Position numbers and translations under genes: made by a program. This document shows positions 62,044-64,000 of a DNA stretch of 64,000 bases, piece by piece; position 1 is the first letter of the stretch; each line of letters opens with the position of its first letter. The notes under the pieces were generated by a model. It had not been told where the DNA came from, ran no database searches, and worked only from the letters and a program-made list of their open reading frames with translations. The stretch covers positions 62,805-126,804 of the forward strand of contig CAMNUE010000001.1 of assembly GCA_946560065.1 (NCBI GenBank). Direction: 5' to 3'. This stretch comes from an uncultured bacterium. Lineage in GTDB: Bacteria > Bacillota_I > Bacilli_A > RF39 > UBA660.

Positions 62044-64000
62044 ATGAAAAAACTTAATAAACCAAAAAGAAAGATTAATTATGATAAAATAGAAAACAAC
62101 AGATTTATTATTTTTTTCGTTGTTATTTTATTTCTCTTTGGACTAGTCACAATCAGAATAATAAATGTTATGCTAGTAAATGAAGAGAAGTTTTCAGAAC
62201 AACTTTCTGTTTTAACATATACAGAAGTATCCGGAGCAAGTAGTCCAAGAGGAAGAATTTATGATCGTAACTATAATATTTTAGTTGATAATAAATCATT
62301 AAAGACAATCACTTATCAAAAGAAAAAAGGAACAACTAATTTAGACATGATTGAATCAGCAACTCAAATAGCTACTCACTTAGAAATAGATTATAGCAAA
62401 CTAACAGAACGAGCAAAACGTGAATTTTATTTTGCAAAGAATAAAGAAGAATGTGATAAATTAGTAACAAAAGAAGAACAAGAAAAGGTAAAACAACATA
62501 AACTTTCACAAAGAGAATTAGAAGAATTGAAATTAACGAGAATTCCTTCAGAAAAGCTAAATTTTAGTGAAGAAGAACAAAAAATTGCCTATATATATTA
62601 CTTAATGAACAAAGGATACACATATGAAGAAAAAATAATCAAAAGCGATGCCAATGACAAAGAATATGCCTATGTATCAGAAAATAATAGTATCTTAAAT
62701 GGATTTAATACCAAAATAGATTGGGAAAGAGTTTACCCTTATGGAGAAACATTTAAAAGTATGCTTGGAAAAGTATCATCATCTACTCAAGGAATACCAG
62801 CAGAACTAAAAGATTATTATTTAGAAAAAGGGTATAGTCTTAATGATCGAGTTGGATTAAGTTACATTGAAAAGCAATATGAAGAATATCTTCGAGGAGA
62901 AAAGTCACTTTACAAAGTAGTCAATTCTCACGAAACAAAATTATTGAAAGAGGGAAGTAGAGGAAAGGATATTGTTCTAAGTATCGACATTAACCTTCAA
63001 CAAGAAGTTGAAAGAATACTAGGAGAGCAAATAAAACATGCTAAAAGTGAAGCCAATACTGAGTTTTATGATCATTCAAGTGTTATTATTCAAGAACCTA
63101 ACACAGGAGAAATACTTGCAATGGCTGGGAAAAGAATTGTTAATGGTGAAATAGTAGATAATACAACAAGTCTATTAATTTCTCCAATAACACCAGGTTC
63201 AGTAGTAAAAGGAGCTTCAATGTTAGTTGGTTATAATGAAGGAGCAGTAAAGATTGGAGAAAAAATGCTTGATGAATGTGTAAAAGTTGCTGGTGTCTCA
63301 GAAAAATGTTCTTCTGTAAATAATCTTGGTGTAATAAATGATATTACAGCCTTAGCAAAAAGTAGTAATGTATATCAATTTAAAATAGCTATTCGTGTTA
63401 ATGGTCAAGAATATCGTCGTGGAATGAAGTTGAATTTTAATCAGAAATCATTTGATACCTATAGAGACATGTATCATTCATTCGGATTAGGAGTTAAAAC
63501 AGAAATAGATTTACCTGTTGAGAGTAATGGATATGGTGCAAAAAAAGACAAAGCTTCTGGAAATTTATTAGACTTTGTCATGGGTCAATATGAAGCCTAT
63601 ACCCCAATTCAATTATCTCAATATATCTCGACAATTGCCAATGGAGGAGAAAGACTAGCGCCACACCTCCTAAAAGAAGTTCATTCATCAAGTAGCACAG
63701 ATGAAATTGGTAAACTAGAAACAACAGTAGAAAGAAAAGTATTAAATAAGATAAATACAACAGAAGAATATATGAAAAGAGTAAAAGAAGGCTTCATCGC
63801 AGTTTTAAATAGCCAAGGTGGATATGGAGTAGGATATATGGATAAAAACATGAAACCAGCCGGAAAAACAGGAACTTCTCAAAGTTTTATTGACACTAAT
63901 AATGATGATGTAATAGATACAGAAACAATTACAAGTTCATTTATAGGTTATGCCCCATACGATAATCCAAAAATGAGTATTATTGTTACTTCACCAGATT
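62044..64000 (+). CDS. Class B penicillin-binding protein (3' end outside window)
   Basis: Not in the ORF track because no stop codon occurs before the window edge. N-terminal TM helix, SPRGRIYDRN, SxxK motif GSVVKG, KTG motif GKTGTSQ, and terminal ..GYAPYDNPKMSIIVTSPD. Confidence 0.85.
   Translation, partial: MKKLNKPKRKINYDKIENNRFIIFFVVILFLFGLVTIRIINVMLVNEEKFSEQLSVLTYTEVSGASSPRGRIYDRNYNILVDNKSLKTITYQKKKGTTNLDMIESATQIATHLEIDYSKLTERAKREFYFAKNKEECDKLVTKEEQEKVKQHKLSQRELEELKLTRIPSEKLNFSEEEQKIAYIYYLMNKGYTYEEKIIKSDANDKEYAYVSENNSILNGFNTKIDWERVYPYGETFKSMLGKVSSSTQGIPAELKDYYLEKGYSLNDRVGLSYIEKQYEEYLRGEKSLYKVVNSHETKLLKEGSRGKDIVLSIDINLQQEVERILGEQIKHAKSEANTEFYDHSSVIIQEPNTGEILAMAGKRIVNGEIVDNTTSLLISPITPGSVVKGASMLVGYNEGAVKIGEKMLDECVKVAGVSEKCSSVNNLGVINDITALAKSSNVYQFKIAIRVNGQEYRRGMKLNFNQKSFDTYRDMYHSFGLGVKTEIDLPVESNGYGAKKDKASGNLLDFVMGQYEAYTPIQLSQYISTIANGGERLAPHLLKEVHSSSSTDEIGKLETTVERKVLNKINTTEEYMKRVKEGFIAVLNSQGGYGVGYMDKNMKPAGKTGTSQSFIDTNNDDVIDTETITSSFIGYAPYDNPKMSIIVTSPD

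Overview
This window is a low-GC Bacillota (Firmicutes) chromosomal segment. All homology calls come from motif recognition by eye; no database search was possible.

**Prophage (1 to ~35.7 kb).** This is the right-hand part of an integrated temperate siphovirus-type prophage with an HK97-fold head, almost entirely on the + strand. In order it carries:
- a replication module: DUF2815 SSB-like protein, family A DNA polymerase, prim-pol/D5-type helicase, VRR-NUC and SNF2;
- an ArpU/RinA-like late regulator, then HNH and the small terminase;
- a 5.5-kb accessory island that splits terS from terL: a compact MetK-like SAM synthetase, a ParB-fused N6/N4 methyltransferase, a C5 methyltransferase, DUF4314, and an amidoligase-GGCT-zinc-ribbon cassette;
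- terL, portal, ClpP-type protease, capsid, connectors, tail tube, a G/GT chaperone with a -1 frameshift, tape measure, Dit/Tal and fibre-like genes;
- holin and a GH25 endolysin, then a small moron cluster;
- an HTH/zinc-finger protein, a SHOCT-like protein and two tandem large serine recombinases.

**Cargo (35.8-40.2 kb).** There are two operons: DUF3781/GyrI-like/membrane protein, and VOC-PadR-tet (a ribosomal protection protein).

**Right junction (~40.24-40.28 kb).** The element abuts only the 3' metallo-beta-lactamase part of comEC, so it appears to be inserted in the competence channel gene.

**Core chromosome (41-64 kb).** Genes are dnaI, a divergent RNB nuclease, an M23 peptidase, a Thr T-box leader with an MBL hydrolase and thrS, a 965-aa modular type IV pilin-like protein, dnaG-rpoD-trmK, membrane and hypothetical genes, two more prepilin-type genes, nfo, and a class B PBP that runs off the window.

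**Most interesting candidates:**
- the self-contained amidoligase-GGCT-Zn-ribbon cassette and its surrounding island inside the packaging operon;
- a 36-nt promoter-like element repeated four times;
- the comEC-disrupting prophage that uses two serine recombinases;
- the phage-linked, PadR-associated tet operon.
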